Source of the DNA: Terriglobia bacterium
GTDB lineage: Bacteria; Acidobacteriota; Terriglobia; Bryobacterales; JACQDG01
DNA length: 53,338 nt
Assembly: GCA_041477815.1 (NCBI GenBank)
Contig: JBGOUV010000001.1
Coordinates: forward strand, 1 to 53,338
Direction of reading: 5' to 3'
Shown in pieces: positions 16,000 to 24,969 of the stretch; the first letter of the stretch is position 1, and each line of letters begins with the position of its first letter. The translations under genes were made by a program, and so were the position numbers. The notes under the pieces were generated by a model. It was not told the DNA's origin, did no database searches, and saw only the letters and a list, made by a program, of their open reading frames with translations.

Positions 16000-17296
16000 C
16001 GGGCTGACCGTCCCACTCGGGAAGCGGACGGGTGGCGCTCAGCTCGATGGAGTACCAACTGTTGGCGATGATGGGGACATCGCCGCGGCCGGCGAGGGGT
16101 TCCTGGCGATCGTAGAGGCCGATGAGGGGACCGGCGCCGTGGCCGTGGTCGCCGATGGGGTGTGTGTAGATCTTGCCGTTGATGTCCTCGGCGTGCATTT
16201 GGCGAAGCATGGCGGTGAAAGCGGCGTTGCCGGTGCGGCCGGGTTCGAGATGCTGGAGAACGATGTCCTGCAGGCGGTTGGTCTGGCGGAGGGCGGCCAC
16301 CAGACCAGGCGGGAGGCCGGTCTCCCCCCGGCGCAGAACGTAGCCCATGTGCTGGGTGTCGGTGGCCAGGCCCAGGGCGACGATGCCGAAGTCGGTGTGG
16401 AGCACGTCGCCGCGCTGGATCACGACGTCCGGGGAGCGGCCCAGCGCGCCCGACCCGGTCCCGACGGTCACGCCGCCGCGGCGCTGCACGTCCACCGAGG
16501 GATGGAACCAGGTTCCCAGACCCCGGTCGTTCACCTGCTGGCGGAGCCACCAGACCACGTCGGCGGTGGTGGTCTTGCCGGGGGTGATGACCTCGCTCGA
16601 GAAGGCCCGGGCGATCAGGGCATGGACGATGCGCATCATATCCTGATAGTAGGGGAGCATCTCCGGGAGGCGGGTTTCCAAGTACTCGACCGGCAGGAGC
16701 TCGGCGCGGACCAGCCGGGCGGCGAAGGAGGGGCCGAGGGCCGCCTCCAGCTCCTCGCGCTCGCCCGAGGAGAGACCGTCGGAGAAGGCGTGGGTGCGGG
16801 AGATATTGACGGCGATCCGGGCGGGATTGCGCTCCTCGACGATCTTGCGGAGGGCGGTCATCTGGGCTTCGAGGTAGAGCTCGCGGTCGGGGTGCTCCCC
16901 GTCGTGGAGGGAGGTGTAAAGGCCTCCTTGATCGCCGCCGCCGAGGGCCAAGCGCTCCAGTCCGGCCGCGGGTCCGCGGTCGTGGAATACGTAGATCGTG
17001 CGGCGGCGGGCGGCGAAGGTGGTGGGCGAGACCAGGGCGCGGAAGACAGGGTCTTCGTTATACTCGCGCATCATGACAATCCACATGGGGACGTGGTGCG
17101 CGCGCAGGAGGGCGGGCAGGACGTCGTTGAGACGCCGGGCCAGCCACTGCTGTTGGATCCGGGCCTGCTCGCGCACCGGCGGGATCTGCCCGGGCGGGGC
17201 GAGGCAGAAGAGAAGGCCGATTGCAGCGAGCCGCGACTGTAAGGGAGCGGATGGTCCCGGCTGGCTCGAACCAACCGCTGCAAGCGGGGGTGTCAT
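15905..17296 (-). CDS. M24-family Xaa-Pro aminopeptidase-like metallopeptidase
   Basis: ORF 15905..17323. The ATG at 17296 overlaps the upstream stop (ATGA). Pita-bread fold motifs VLHTDFGIV, THPIGDHGHGAGP and SIELS. Confidence 0.85.
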   Translation of the reverse strand: MTPPLAAVGSSQPGPSAPLQSRLAAIGLLFCLAPPGQIPPVREQARIQQQWLARRLNDVLPALLRAHHVPMWIVMMREYNEDPVFRALVSPTTFAARRRTIYVFHDRGPAAGLERLALGGGDQGGLYTSLHDGEHPDRELYLEAQMTALRKIVEERNPARIAVNISRTHAFSDGLSSGEREELEAALGPSFAARLVRAELLPVEYLETRLPEMLPYYQDMMRIVHALIARAFSSEVITPGKTTTADVVWWLRQQVNDRGLGTWFHPSVDVQRRGGVTVGTGSGALGRSPDVVIQRGDVLHTDFGIVALGLATDTQHMGYVLRRGETGLPPGLVAALRQTNRLQDIVLQHLEPGRTGNAAFTAMLRQMHAEDINGKIYTHPIGDHGHGAGPLIGLYDRQEPLAGRGDVPIIANSWYSIELSATRPLPEWDGQPVTISLEEDAGLDAQGKRSWILRRQERFHVVR

Positions 17297-17853
17297 TCGA
17301 TATCCACCCGCAACTGCTGCCATGGCGGGATGGCGGCCAAGGTGGCCAGGGCGTCGAGCGGCGCCCGGACCTCCCGCGAGTCGCCCGGCGCCATCGCGGA
17401 CGTGAGCTTCACGGTGAAGTAAGCCAGGGGCGGCGAGCCTGGGGCCGCCTGAGCCGGACGCAGCGCTACTCGTAAGGAGGTTCCTGTCGTGAGAACCTCC
17501 TCCCCGTGGTTGACGACCACGGCCCGTACCTGAGGGCGGTTCTGGTTGTCATAGGACAAGCGGACGCCGGCCACCTCGATCGGTCGTGCCGCGGCGGGGG
17601 CCTCGGCGGGGCGTTCCAATTCGATTTTGGGAGCGGCCGCCCGAGGAGCAGGCGGCTGGGCCCGGTGGCGGGCCCAAGCTACCAGGATGACCACGACCAC
17701 AGCGGTAGCCACGCCGATCGCCACCCAGAACCGAAGGTCGGAGACAGGGCGGGGGCGCGAGGAGGGCCCCGCCGCCTGTCCCGCACACTGGGGGCACTGT
17801 TTGGTAGCCAGGTCATATTCCCGGCCGCAAGTGGGACAAACCCAGGTAAACAT
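17293..17853 (-). CDS. Zinc-ribbon (CPTCG...CPQC) single-pass membrane protein, hypothetical
   Basis: ORF track 186 aa. N-terminal CxxC-N10-CxxC, one TM segment (FWVAIGVATAVVVVILVAWA), and a C-terminal beta-rich domain. Confidence 0.6.
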   Translation of the reverse strand: MFTWVCPTCGREYDLATKQCPQCAGQAAGPSSRPRPVSDLRFWVAIGVATAVVVVILVAWARHRAQPPAPRAAAPKIELERPAEAPAAARPIEVAGVRLSYDNQNRPQVRAVVVNHGEEVLTTGTSLRVALRPAQAAPGSPPLAYFTVKLTSAMAPGDSREVRAPLDALATLAAIPPWQQLRVDIE

Positions 17854-17940
17854 GGAAGTGGCGGCAGGCTCCTAAGAAACTGCTCCGTCGCCGAGCCCAG
17901 TTTCTGGCACGATGAGTGGTGATTGCATCGTCTGCAGGCG

Positions 17941-18933
17941 CTAACGAGGCGCGTCTCCCACGGAGGCGAGTTGAGAGGTTTTTTCCAAGTAGGCCTCGCG
18001 AACAATGGGCTCGGCAATGTCTCTCAGCTTCGTCCAGTGCAGGCTGCTCCCTAACTCGCTATCGGATCCGGCGGCGAGATTAGAGCCTCCCCAAAGTCGG
18101 ATGTGAGGGAGGTCCTCCGCCGCCTGGAAGGCCTCCAGGAGCTTCGGGACTTGAAAGACATCATCGTCATACGGCGACCCCCGGATGACGCTGTAAGTGT
18201 ACCTTCCATTGGGCCGCGTGGCCACGAGGCTGATGAAATTCCGGTGTCCTTGCGCGGCCAGAACGAGCCGGGAATTGGGGTCGCCCTTTTCATCCGCGAT
18301 GATGAAGTTGTAAGGCGAGACGTACAGCGCCTCGGGCTTGGCTGTGATGGGCGCTATGCCGGCCTTGCCGTTGAGGAGATCCAGCAGACGGCTGCAGACC
18401 TGCCGAATCGTGTCTTCTATCAGACCCTCATCTCCCTGCGTCTTCCCCAGCATGCGTTGCTGCATGTACGGCTCAAACACCCAGGTGAAATGGCTGGCGA
18501 CAAGATCGTCCAGGTTCACCGGATACAACCCGCCGCACACATCAATCTTGTTGTTGTACTGAACGATCCATCGCAGCAGCGGGGAGCTCTGCCGTTCGAG
18601 CAGCTCGTGATACTCCAGTATGAAGGCGGCGAGGCAGACGTCCTGGTCGGCATTCCATACGTATACGGGGATCGGCCGCCGCCTTTCCAGCCATCTCTCC
18701 ATAAGGCGGCCTTGACGGACCGCAATGTAGGCCTGCATGGCGGCGCTCATCGTGGCTTCCCGAACCACGCCCACATGATGGTCGAAGTGCACGTAGTGCC
18801 CTCTATGGCCCGGTGTGTCCTCGATCACTTCCAGCCCAATGGAGTATTCCGGCGCCACCCGCATGAAATGCTCCCAGTTGTCGAAACGCTGCCCGGGCAC
18901 CCGCAGCTCGATGTTCTTGAACGGGCAGTCCAT
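17941..18933 (-). CDS. Orphan hypothetical protein (330 aa; the alternative GTG start at 18963 gives 340 aa)
   Basis: ORF track 17941..18963. The ATG at 18933 is preceded by AAGGG. No family recognised with confidence. Motifs HFDHH, WNADQDV and WGGSNLAAGS. GC is visibly lower than in neighbouring genes. Confidence 0.6.
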   Translation of the reverse strand: MDCPFKNIELRVPGQRFDNWEHFMRVAPEYSIGLEVIEDTPGHRGHYVHFDHHVGVVREATMSAAMQAYIAVRQGRLMERWLERRRPIPVYVWNADQDVCLAAFILEYHELLERQSSPLLRWIVQYNNKIDVCGGLYPVNLDDLVASHFTWVFEPYMQQRMLGKTQGDEGLIEDTIRQVCSRLLDLLNGKAGIAPITAKPEALYVSPYNFIIADEKGDPNSRLVLAAQGHRNFISLVATRPNGRYTYSVIRGSPYDDDVFQVPKLLEAFQAAEDLPHIRLWGGSNLAAGSDSELGSSLHWTKLRDIAEPIVREAYLEKTSQLASVGDAPR

Positions 18934-19192
18934 GTGTTCACCCTTGGTCAGCGAGGCGCGCACTCCCGCCCTCGATCGCGCTTACCCTTCCGATTTTGAG
19001 GATTCGTTCACCCGTCGCAGGGTGCACGCGCTGCGACACCGGCGAGCGCTGGATCATCACCGCCACTGCCGTCGGGGTCCCATCGATGCAATTGTAGCAT
19101 GGGTTTGGAGAACGCCTCGCTGCGCCGGACCGCAGTCGCGATGGAGCGCCATGATCTCATTCGCGGCCCCGATGGGTCTTCTTCATTTGCGG

Positions 19193-20311
19193 CTACGGTC
19201 GCGGCTCGATGGCGGTGACGGAGGCGGCTACGGCGTTGGAGACCAGGCGCAGCAGACGGCCATTGTCTTCACCCGAGGGCCGCGTGGTCAGGATCACGCA
19301 GAGGAGCCGCCGCTCCGGATCGGCCCAGGCCACGGTCCCGGTGGCGCCGCTGTGGCCGAAGGTCCGGGGCGAGGCCAGGTCTCCGAAGTACGCCCATACC
19401 CGCGAGGTCGCCAGTCCCCAGCCCAGTCCCCAGGGCGCCCGGAGGCCCTCGTTCTGATCGCGGGTCATGGCCGCCACCGTCGCCGGGCTGAACACCCGCA
19501 CGGCCCCGTAAGAGCCCCCATTCAGAAAGGTCTGGAGCAGGATGGCCAGGTCGGTGGTAGTCGAGTGCATGCCGCCCCAGGGATGTCCCATGTCGCGCCA
19601 GTAGGGGCTGTTAGCTCCGAAGAGCCGCAGGTCTTCCGGGTTGGACCCCGGAGTTTGGCACCAGGCCGTCTCCTCGATCTTCCTGCCGCCCATTCCGAGG
19701 AAGCTGTTCTTCATCCCCAGCCGGTCGAAGATCTCGCGCTTCTCGAAATCGCGCAACCGCATTTTGGTCACCCGCTCGACGATCTCGGCCGCCAGCAGGA
19801 TTCCCATGCTCTGGTACTGAAAGTCGGTGCGGGGGCGGTAGAGCAGCGGGGTCCGCAGGGCGCCCTTGACGAACTCGCTCAACGGCGCGTTGGCCCGGCG
19901 CAGCGCGGTGTTCTCGGGCAGCATGTCGGGCATCCCCGAGACGTGGCTGAGCAGGTCGCGGACACGAATCTCCGCCCGCGCCCCGCCGGTCAACTCGGGC
20001 AGATACAACTGCGCCGGATCCGCCAGCGACACCTGGCCGCGCTCCACCAGCAGCATCAGGGCGCAGGCTGTGACCGGTTTGGTGATGGAGGCGAGCAGGA
20101 AAATGGTATCCGGCTGCGCCTTGCCGAACCCCTTGTGCAGGACCACCTTGCCGTCCCGCGCCACCAGGATGCTCGCCGCCTGCACCCGGCCGCTCGCAGT
20201 CTCCGCTTCCAGCAGGGCGGCGGCGCGGGCCAGTCCCTCCGCCGACATCCCCACCGCCGCCGGGTCGGCGGGCGTCAGCACCAGCGCGGCGGCAAGCAAT
20301 AGGCCGGTCAT
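19193..20311 (-). CDS. Beta-lactamase-fold serine hydrolase (class C/PBP4*-like)
   Basis: ORF track 372 aa. Signal-like N-terminus. SxxK motif ASITK, plus HSGATG. Its start overlaps the upstream stop (ATGA at 20308-20311). Confidence 0.85.
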   Translation of the reverse strand: MTGLLLAAALVLTPADPAAVGMSAEGLARAAALLEAETASGRVQAASILVARDGKVVLHKGFGKAQPDTIFLLASITKPVTACALMLLVERGQVSLADPAQLYLPELTGGARAEIRVRDLLSHVSGMPDMLPENTALRRANAPLSEFVKGALRTPLLYRPRTDFQYQSMGILLAAEIVERVTKMRLRDFEKREIFDRLGMKNSFLGMGGRKIEETAWCQTPGSNPEDLRLFGANSPYWRDMGHPWGGMHSTTTDLAILLQTFLNGGSYGAVRVFSPATVAAMTRDQNEGLRAPWGLGWGLATSRVWAYFGDLASPRTFGHSGATGTVAWADPERRLLCVILTTRPSGEDNGRLLRLVSNAVAASVTAIEPRP

Positions 20312-21543
20312 GCGTGCTTGAAGATCTCTTTCAGCCTCCGCGCGATGATCTTCTCCTCGCCCGGCCGCAAGGTGCTCGACACGATCGAGATCAGCCGCGC
20401 CGGCTCCCCGGCCGCCTGGCTCACGGTGGGAGGCAGCGGCTCGTCGTGCCGCACCATCTCGCGCAACTGCCCGCCCACCACCTCAATCTGCGGCTCCCCG
20501 CGCCGCAGGGCCTCCACTACCTGCTGTTTGGTCAGTCCCAGCTTCTTCTCGTCCCACCGCAAGGCGGCGTGAGGCACCTCGTTGCCGACCTTGCGGTAGT
20601 ACAGCTCGGCCTCCACTCCTGGAATGGACGATACCTCTTTGATGATGTGCTGCATCCGCGCTTCCCACATCCTGCAATCGGCCTTGTAGTCGCGCTTGAA
20701 GCTCCACTCCACCGCCGCCAGCGCCCCGATGATCTCCTCCTTGCCCACCTTCATCGGCCGGCAGATGGACCCTTCGTAAGGAGATCCGTTGCGCAGAGCG
20801 GCCTCAATGAGGTTCTTGCGCCCGAACAGAATTCCCGCGCACTGCGGTCCCGCCAGACCCTTGCCGCCGCTCACACAGAACATATCGGGTCCGAGCGCCG
20901 CCAGGTACTTCAGCCGCTCGAAGGGCGGGCACATCGGCGCCGCGTCCAGCAGGAACGGCACCCCGCGGCGCTTGCACACGGCAATCGCGTCCTCCATCTT
21001 TACCGGCCCGGTGTCGCCGTACTCGTACTCCATCATGGCCGTCTGGTCGTTAATGGCCCGCTCCAACTCAGCCAGGCTCTTGGCGACCACCAGCTTCGCC
21101 CCGGTAAGGGCGATGCTGCGGTCCCAGACATTGCGGTGGGTGATGATCACCTCGTTCTTCAGACCCTCGGTGTCGGGCAGGCGGGTGATTTTCTCGGGAT
21201 CCACGCCGGCAATGCACCCGGCGGTGGCCTGGGCGATGCAGGCCGCCGACCCGCTGCACACCATGGCCGCTTCGGTCCCCGCAAACTTCCCCAGCTTCGC
21301 CCCCACCGCCCGCTGCAGCTCGACGATCTCGACGTAGTGCTCCGAGGCGCGCTCCATGGCCCGGTGTATCTCGGGCGCCATGAGGGTGCTCGAATAGAGC
21401 GTGGCCACCCCGCGACCGTTTATCAGGGTGCGGACCCCCAGCTCGGCATAGATGCTGTCCGATGCCGCGTTAGTCTTGTTCGCCGCGGCGAAGACCGGCG
21501 TCGCGGCCGACGCCGCCAAAAACTTTCTGCGATCCATGAGCAT
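20308..21543 (-). CDS. SelA/DgaE-like fold-type I PLP enzyme with a Tat signal
   Basis: ORF track 411 aa. Tat motif DRRKFLAASAATPVFAAA. GVRTLINGRGVATLYSSTLMAPE and SGGKGLAGPQCAGILFG (PLP-lysine context typical of the SelA-like family). Confidence 0.75.
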   Translation of the reverse strand: MLMDRRKFLAASAATPVFAAANKTNAASDSIYAELGVRTLINGRGVATLYSSTLMAPEIHRAMERASEHYVEIVELQRAVGAKLGKFAGTEAAMVCSGSAACIAQATAGCIAGVDPEKITRLPDTEGLKNEVIITHRNVWDRSIALTGAKLVVAKSLAELERAINDQTAMMEYEYGDTGPVKMEDAIAVCKRRGVPFLLDAAPMCPPFERLKYLAALGPDMFCVSGGKGLAGPQCAGILFGRKNLIEAALRNGSPYEGSICRPMKVGKEEIIGALAAVEWSFKRDYKADCRMWEARMQHIIKEVSSIPGVEAELYYRKVGNEVPHAALRWDEKKLGLTKQQVVEALRRGEPQIEVVGGQLREMVRHDEPLPPTVSQAAGEPARLISIVSSTLRPGEEKIIARRLKEIFKHA

Positions 21544-21556
21544 CTCCTATTAGGTC

Positions 21557-21581
21557 GGATTATACACCACTGCTATAATCC
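21557..21581. promoter_or_regulatory. Symmetric divergent promoter core GGATTATA-N9-TATAATCC, giving a -10 hexamer on each strand
   Basis: Read directly. Plus-strand TGCTATAAT (extended -10) at 21571-21579 lies 16 nt before the ggt-like ATG. Minus-strand TATAAT (plus coordinates 21559-21564) lies 15 nt before the SelA-like ATG (21543). Confidence 0.4.
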
Positions 21582-21595
21582 TAGCGAGGCTTGCC

Positions 21596-23446
21596 ATGCG
21601 GAGTTTTCGGATCGGTACGGTAGTTCTCGCCGGGGCGTCGCTGTTCCTGCTGATCGTTCCCGCCCCTTCCCAGCGCAGCGAGGAGCAGCGCTTTCGCCCG
21701 CTTCGTCCGGTGGTGCGGGGGACGCGGGGGGCCGTAGCCGGCGGCACGCCGCTGGTCACCGAGGCCGGGATGCGCATTTTCCACAGCGGCGGCAACGCGG
21801 TCGATGCCGGCGTCGCCGCCATGTTCGCGGGCTCCGTGGTGGAGTACTCCCATTTCGGATTCGGCGGCGAAGGCCCCATCCTGATCCGGACGCGCGAGGG
21901 CAAGGTCTACTCGATCGCCGGTGTCGGCGCCGCTCCCAAGCTGGCCACCGCTGAGTTCTTCCGCACGCGCAAGCCTACCCCGGAGGAGCTGGCCACCGCC
22001 CGCAGCCAGGGGGACCGCGAGGGGCCTATACCGTCCTCGGGCATCCTGTGCGCCCTGGTGCCGGGGATGGTCGACGCCGGCCTCACCGCCCTCCAGCATT
22101 TCGGCGCCAAGAGCTTCGCCGAGGTGATCCAGCCGGCCCTGGAGCTGGCCGACGGCGCCCCCATCGACGAGATGCGGGCCAATTCCATCGCCCGTGCCGT
22201 GCGCTTCTTCCAGCGCTGGCCGGCCTCCCAGAAGGTCTTCCTGCCCGGCGGCCAGCCGCCCCGTCCCGGCGACGTGTTCCGTCAACCCGACTTGGCCCGC
22301 ACCATCCGCTCCATGATCGCCGCCGAAAAGGCCGCCCGCGCCAAGGGGGACCGCGCCGCCGGCATCCAGGCCGTCCGCGACTACTTCTACCGCGGCGAGG
22401 TCGCCCGCAAGATCGATGCTTTCTCGAAAGACAACGGTGGCCTGCTCCGTTACGAGGACCTGGCCGCGTTTCGCCTCGAGCCCGAGGAGCCGCTGCACGT
22501 CTCCTACAAAGGCTACGAGATTTACAAGAACGGCTTCTGGTCCCAGGGCGCCGTCATGCTGGAGACCCTCAACCTGCTGGAGCGCTACGATCTGGCCGCA
22601 CTGCGCTTCAACTCGCCCGAGTATCTGCATATTCTGACCGAGGCGCTCAAGCTCACCTACGCCGACCGCGACAGCTATTACGCCGACCCCAAGTTCCTGC
22701 CGCCGCCGACCGAGCTGCTTAGTAAGTCCTACGCAGCTACCCGGGCCCGCTTGATCGACCCGGGCGCCTCCAACCCCGATTTTCGCCCTGGCGAGATTTC
22801 CCTGCGGCTCCCCGTGCATCCCTCCCACTACTCCGGACCGAAGGGGGACGGCCTGGTCGCAGCCAAGGACACCACCTGTGTCAACGCCCTGGACCGCGAT
22901 GGCGTGGTTTTCTCCTCCACCCCTTCGGGCGCATGGCTTCCTTCGGTAATCGCCGGCGACACCGGCATCCCGCTCACCCAGCGCGCCCAGAGCTTCCTGC
23001 TCATTGAGGGTCATCCCAACGTGGTGGCGCCCGGCAAGCGGCCCCGGATTACCCTCTCGCCGACGCTGGTCACGCGACAGGGCAAGCCGTTCCTGGCCCT
23101 TTCCACCCCCGGCGGCGACAACCAGGACCAGAGCCTGCTCCAGGTCCTGCTCGACATGATCGAGTTTGGCTTCAACCCCCAAACCGCCATTGAAGCCCCG
23201 CGCATCCAGACCCGCCACCTCGTCTCCAGCTTCGACATCCACGCCATGTACCCCAATAGCCTGCTGGTCGACGAGCGTATCTCGGAGGCCACCTTCCGCG
23301 ATCTGGCCGCCCGCGGCCACAAGGTGGAGCGCCGCACTGCCTGGCAGAACGGCGCCGCCCCTACGGCCATCCGTTTCCTGGCGGAGACGGGGGTAATTGA
23401 AGCGGGGGCGGATCCCTACGGAATGCGCTACGCCGACGCCTGGTAG
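21596..23446 (+). CDS. ggt: Gamma-glutamyltransferase-family protein (secreted)
   Basis: ORF track 616 aa. Signal peptide. Family motifs GGNAVDAGVA, nucleophile context KDTTCVNALD, and LSTPGGDNQ. Confidence 0.88.
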   Translation: MRSFRIGTVVLAGASLFLLIVPAPSQRSEEQRFRPLRPVVRGTRGAVAGGTPLVTEAGMRIFHSGGNAVDAGVAAMFAGSVVEYSHFGFGGEGPILIRTREGKVYSIAGVGAAPKLATAEFFRTRKPTPEELATARSQGDREGPIPSSGILCALVPGMVDAGLTALQHFGAKSFAEVIQPALELADGAPIDEMRANSIARAVRFFQRWPASQKVFLPGGQPPRPGDVFRQPDLARTIRSMIAAEKAARAKGDRAAGIQAVRDYFYRGEVARKIDAFSKDNGGLLRYEDLAAFRLEPEEPLHVSYKGYEIYKNGFWSQGAVMLETLNLLERYDLAALRFNSPEYLHILTEALKLTYADRDSYYADPKFLPPPTELLSKSYAATRARLIDPGASNPDFRPGEISLRLPVHPSHYSGPKGDGLVAAKDTTCVNALDRDGVVFSSTPSGAWLPSVIAGDTGIPLTQRAQSFLLIEGHPNVVAPGKRPRITLSPTLVTRQGKPFLALSTPGGDNQDQSLLQVLLDMIEFGFNPQTAIEAPRIQTRHLVSSFDIHAMYPNSLLVDERISEATFRDLAARGHKVERRTAWQNGAAPTAIRFLAETGVIEAGADPYGMRYADAW

Positions 23447-23503
23447 TAGCCGCCGGCCGCAGTCTTGTGAACGGACCAAATACTCCGGGGCCGCCAGTTT
23501 GCC

Positions 23504-24136
23504 ATGACCAGCCGCCTCCACCGGACCCTCCTCGCCGCCGTCGGCGCGGTCTTCGTATGGTCCGGCCTCCGCCCCCACGACTACTTTACCTGGTTCCTCG
23601 AGGTCGCCCCCGCCCTGCTTGGCTTCGCCCTCCTGGCCGCCACCTACCGCCGTTTCCGTTTTACCGACCTGGTCTACGTGCTCATCGCTATCCACGCCTG
23701 TATCTTAATGGTGGGTGGACACTATACCTACGCCCAGGTTCCCCTCTTCAACTGGATCCGCGACGGCTTCCACCTCGCCCGCAACAACTATGACAAGGTG
23801 GGCCACTTCGCACAGGGCTTCATCCCGGCCGTCCTCACCCGCGAGATCCTCCTGCGCACCTCCCCGCTCCGCCCCGGCAAGTGGCTCTCCTTCCTGACCG
23901 TCTCGGTGTGCCTTGCCCTCAGCGCCGTCTACGAATTCATCGAATGGTGGGTCGCCCTCGCCACCGGTGAGGGCGCCGACGCCTTCCTGGGCACCCAAGG
24001 CTACGTCTGGGACACCCAGTCCGACATGCTCTACGCCGCCATCGGTGCTATCCTCTCGCTGGCGCTGCTCTCCCGCCTCCACGATCGGATGCTTCAATTT
24101 ATTCGAACTGCAACTGAATTACAACTTCCTGGTTGA
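23504..24136 (+). CDS. DUF2238 (YjdF-like) inner membrane protein
   Basis: ORF track 210 aa with multiple TM segments. GGHYTYAQVP and NNYDKVGHFAQGF match my recollection of the YjdF family. Confidence 0.7.
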   Translation: MTSRLHRTLLAAVGAVFVWSGLRPHDYFTWFLEVAPALLGFALLAATYRRFRFTDLVYVLIAIHACILMVGGHYTYAQVPLFNWIRDGFHLARNNYDKVGHFAQGFIPAVLTREILLRTSPLRPGKWLSFLTVSVCLALSAVYEFIEWWVALATGEGADAFLGTQGYVWDTQSDMLYAAIGAILSLALLSRLHDRMLQFIRTATELQLPG

Positions 24137-24887
24137 CCGGCTGCAGCGACAGCCTGACCTCCCTGGTCCCGGTGATCTTGGCAACCTCCGGACGGTAGGT
24201 GATTTCCAGGGTGGCGCCGGTGTTGGGCAGGACGTTGCGGTCGGCGAGCACTACGGATAGACCCGGCAGCTTCGGATCCTGCAGGAACACAGACAGGACC
24301 CCCGCCATGTTGTTCTGGATGGTGGCCCGGCGCGTTACGGCTTCGGTGGCGTTGGCCGGGAACGCCAATTTCTGCGGCGCCACCTCAAAGGCATTCGCCT
24401 TGAGCATCTCCAGCGTGGGTCGCTGGAACGGCTGGGGCTTGAAGTTGCGGGGATCGTCGAAATGCATGGTGCCGAACGGCGTGGTCGCACTACGCGGCTT
24501 GATGACCATGTACCACTCGCCGTTGTCCAGCCGCCAGCGGCCATTAATCGGCACCCAGAGGCCTTCCGCCGCTGTTCGCGGTGTAGCGGACAGGCAGGCC
24601 ACCAAAACGGTCGCATTCTTAAAATCGTCGTCCCAGGTGATCTGCTCCAACTGGAAGGTCCGGATCGGCGCCTTCTGCATGATGTAGTAGAGATCGCGGC
24701 TCTCCTCGGCCACCAGCGCTTCGGCCTGCCGGAACTTGCTCTGCAGGTAAAGGGTATAGAACTCGATCACCCGCGCCCGCAGCTTCTCTTCTACTCCCGG
24801 TGGGGCCTTGTGGAAGATACCCTGATTCTGCGCCACGGCGACCCCGGCCGCCGCTATCAGAATGCTAATCAAGATCCGCCTGCACAT
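24099..24887 (-). CDS. Hypothetical secreted protein
   Basis: ORF 24099..24962. I prefer the start MCRRILISILIAAAGVAVA at 24887. It is the last gene of the rpoN-containing minus-strand block and overlaps the convergent DUF2238 gene by 38 nt. Confidence 0.55.
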   Translation of the reverse strand: MCRRILISILIAAAGVAVAQNQGIFHKAPPGVEEKLRARVIEFYTLYLQSKFRQAEALVAEESRDLYYIMQKAPIRTFQLEQITWDDDFKNATVLVACLSATPRTAAEGLWVPINGRWRLDNGEWYMVIKPRSATTPFGTMHFDDPRNFKPQPFQRPTLEMLKANAFEVAPQKLAFPANATEAVTRRATIQNNMAGVLSVFLQDPKLPGLSVVLADRNVLPNTGATLEITYRPEVAKITGTREVRLSLQPVNQEVVIQLQFE

Positions 24888-24969
24888 ACCCCCATTATAA
24901 CCCTGTGGGGCCGCACCGCACCGCGACCGTGAAGGAGCGGCAGCTTCGTCTGAGATTCTCAAATTCTTG

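Noticed and set aside
21581-23695. Very long antisense ORFs: 21581..23695 (704 aa), 26013..27671, 29292..31091, 35034..36878, 40219..41691, 50059..51756, 15917..17242 and 20314..21954
   Set aside because: Each lies opposite a gene with clear family motifs (ggt, rpoN, the Lpt protein, the APC permease, the TonB receptor, ftsI/murE, M24, SelA-like). Their translations are Arg/Gly/Pro/Ala-rich and low in complexity. This is the usual stop-codon-poor shadow of high-GC coding DNA.
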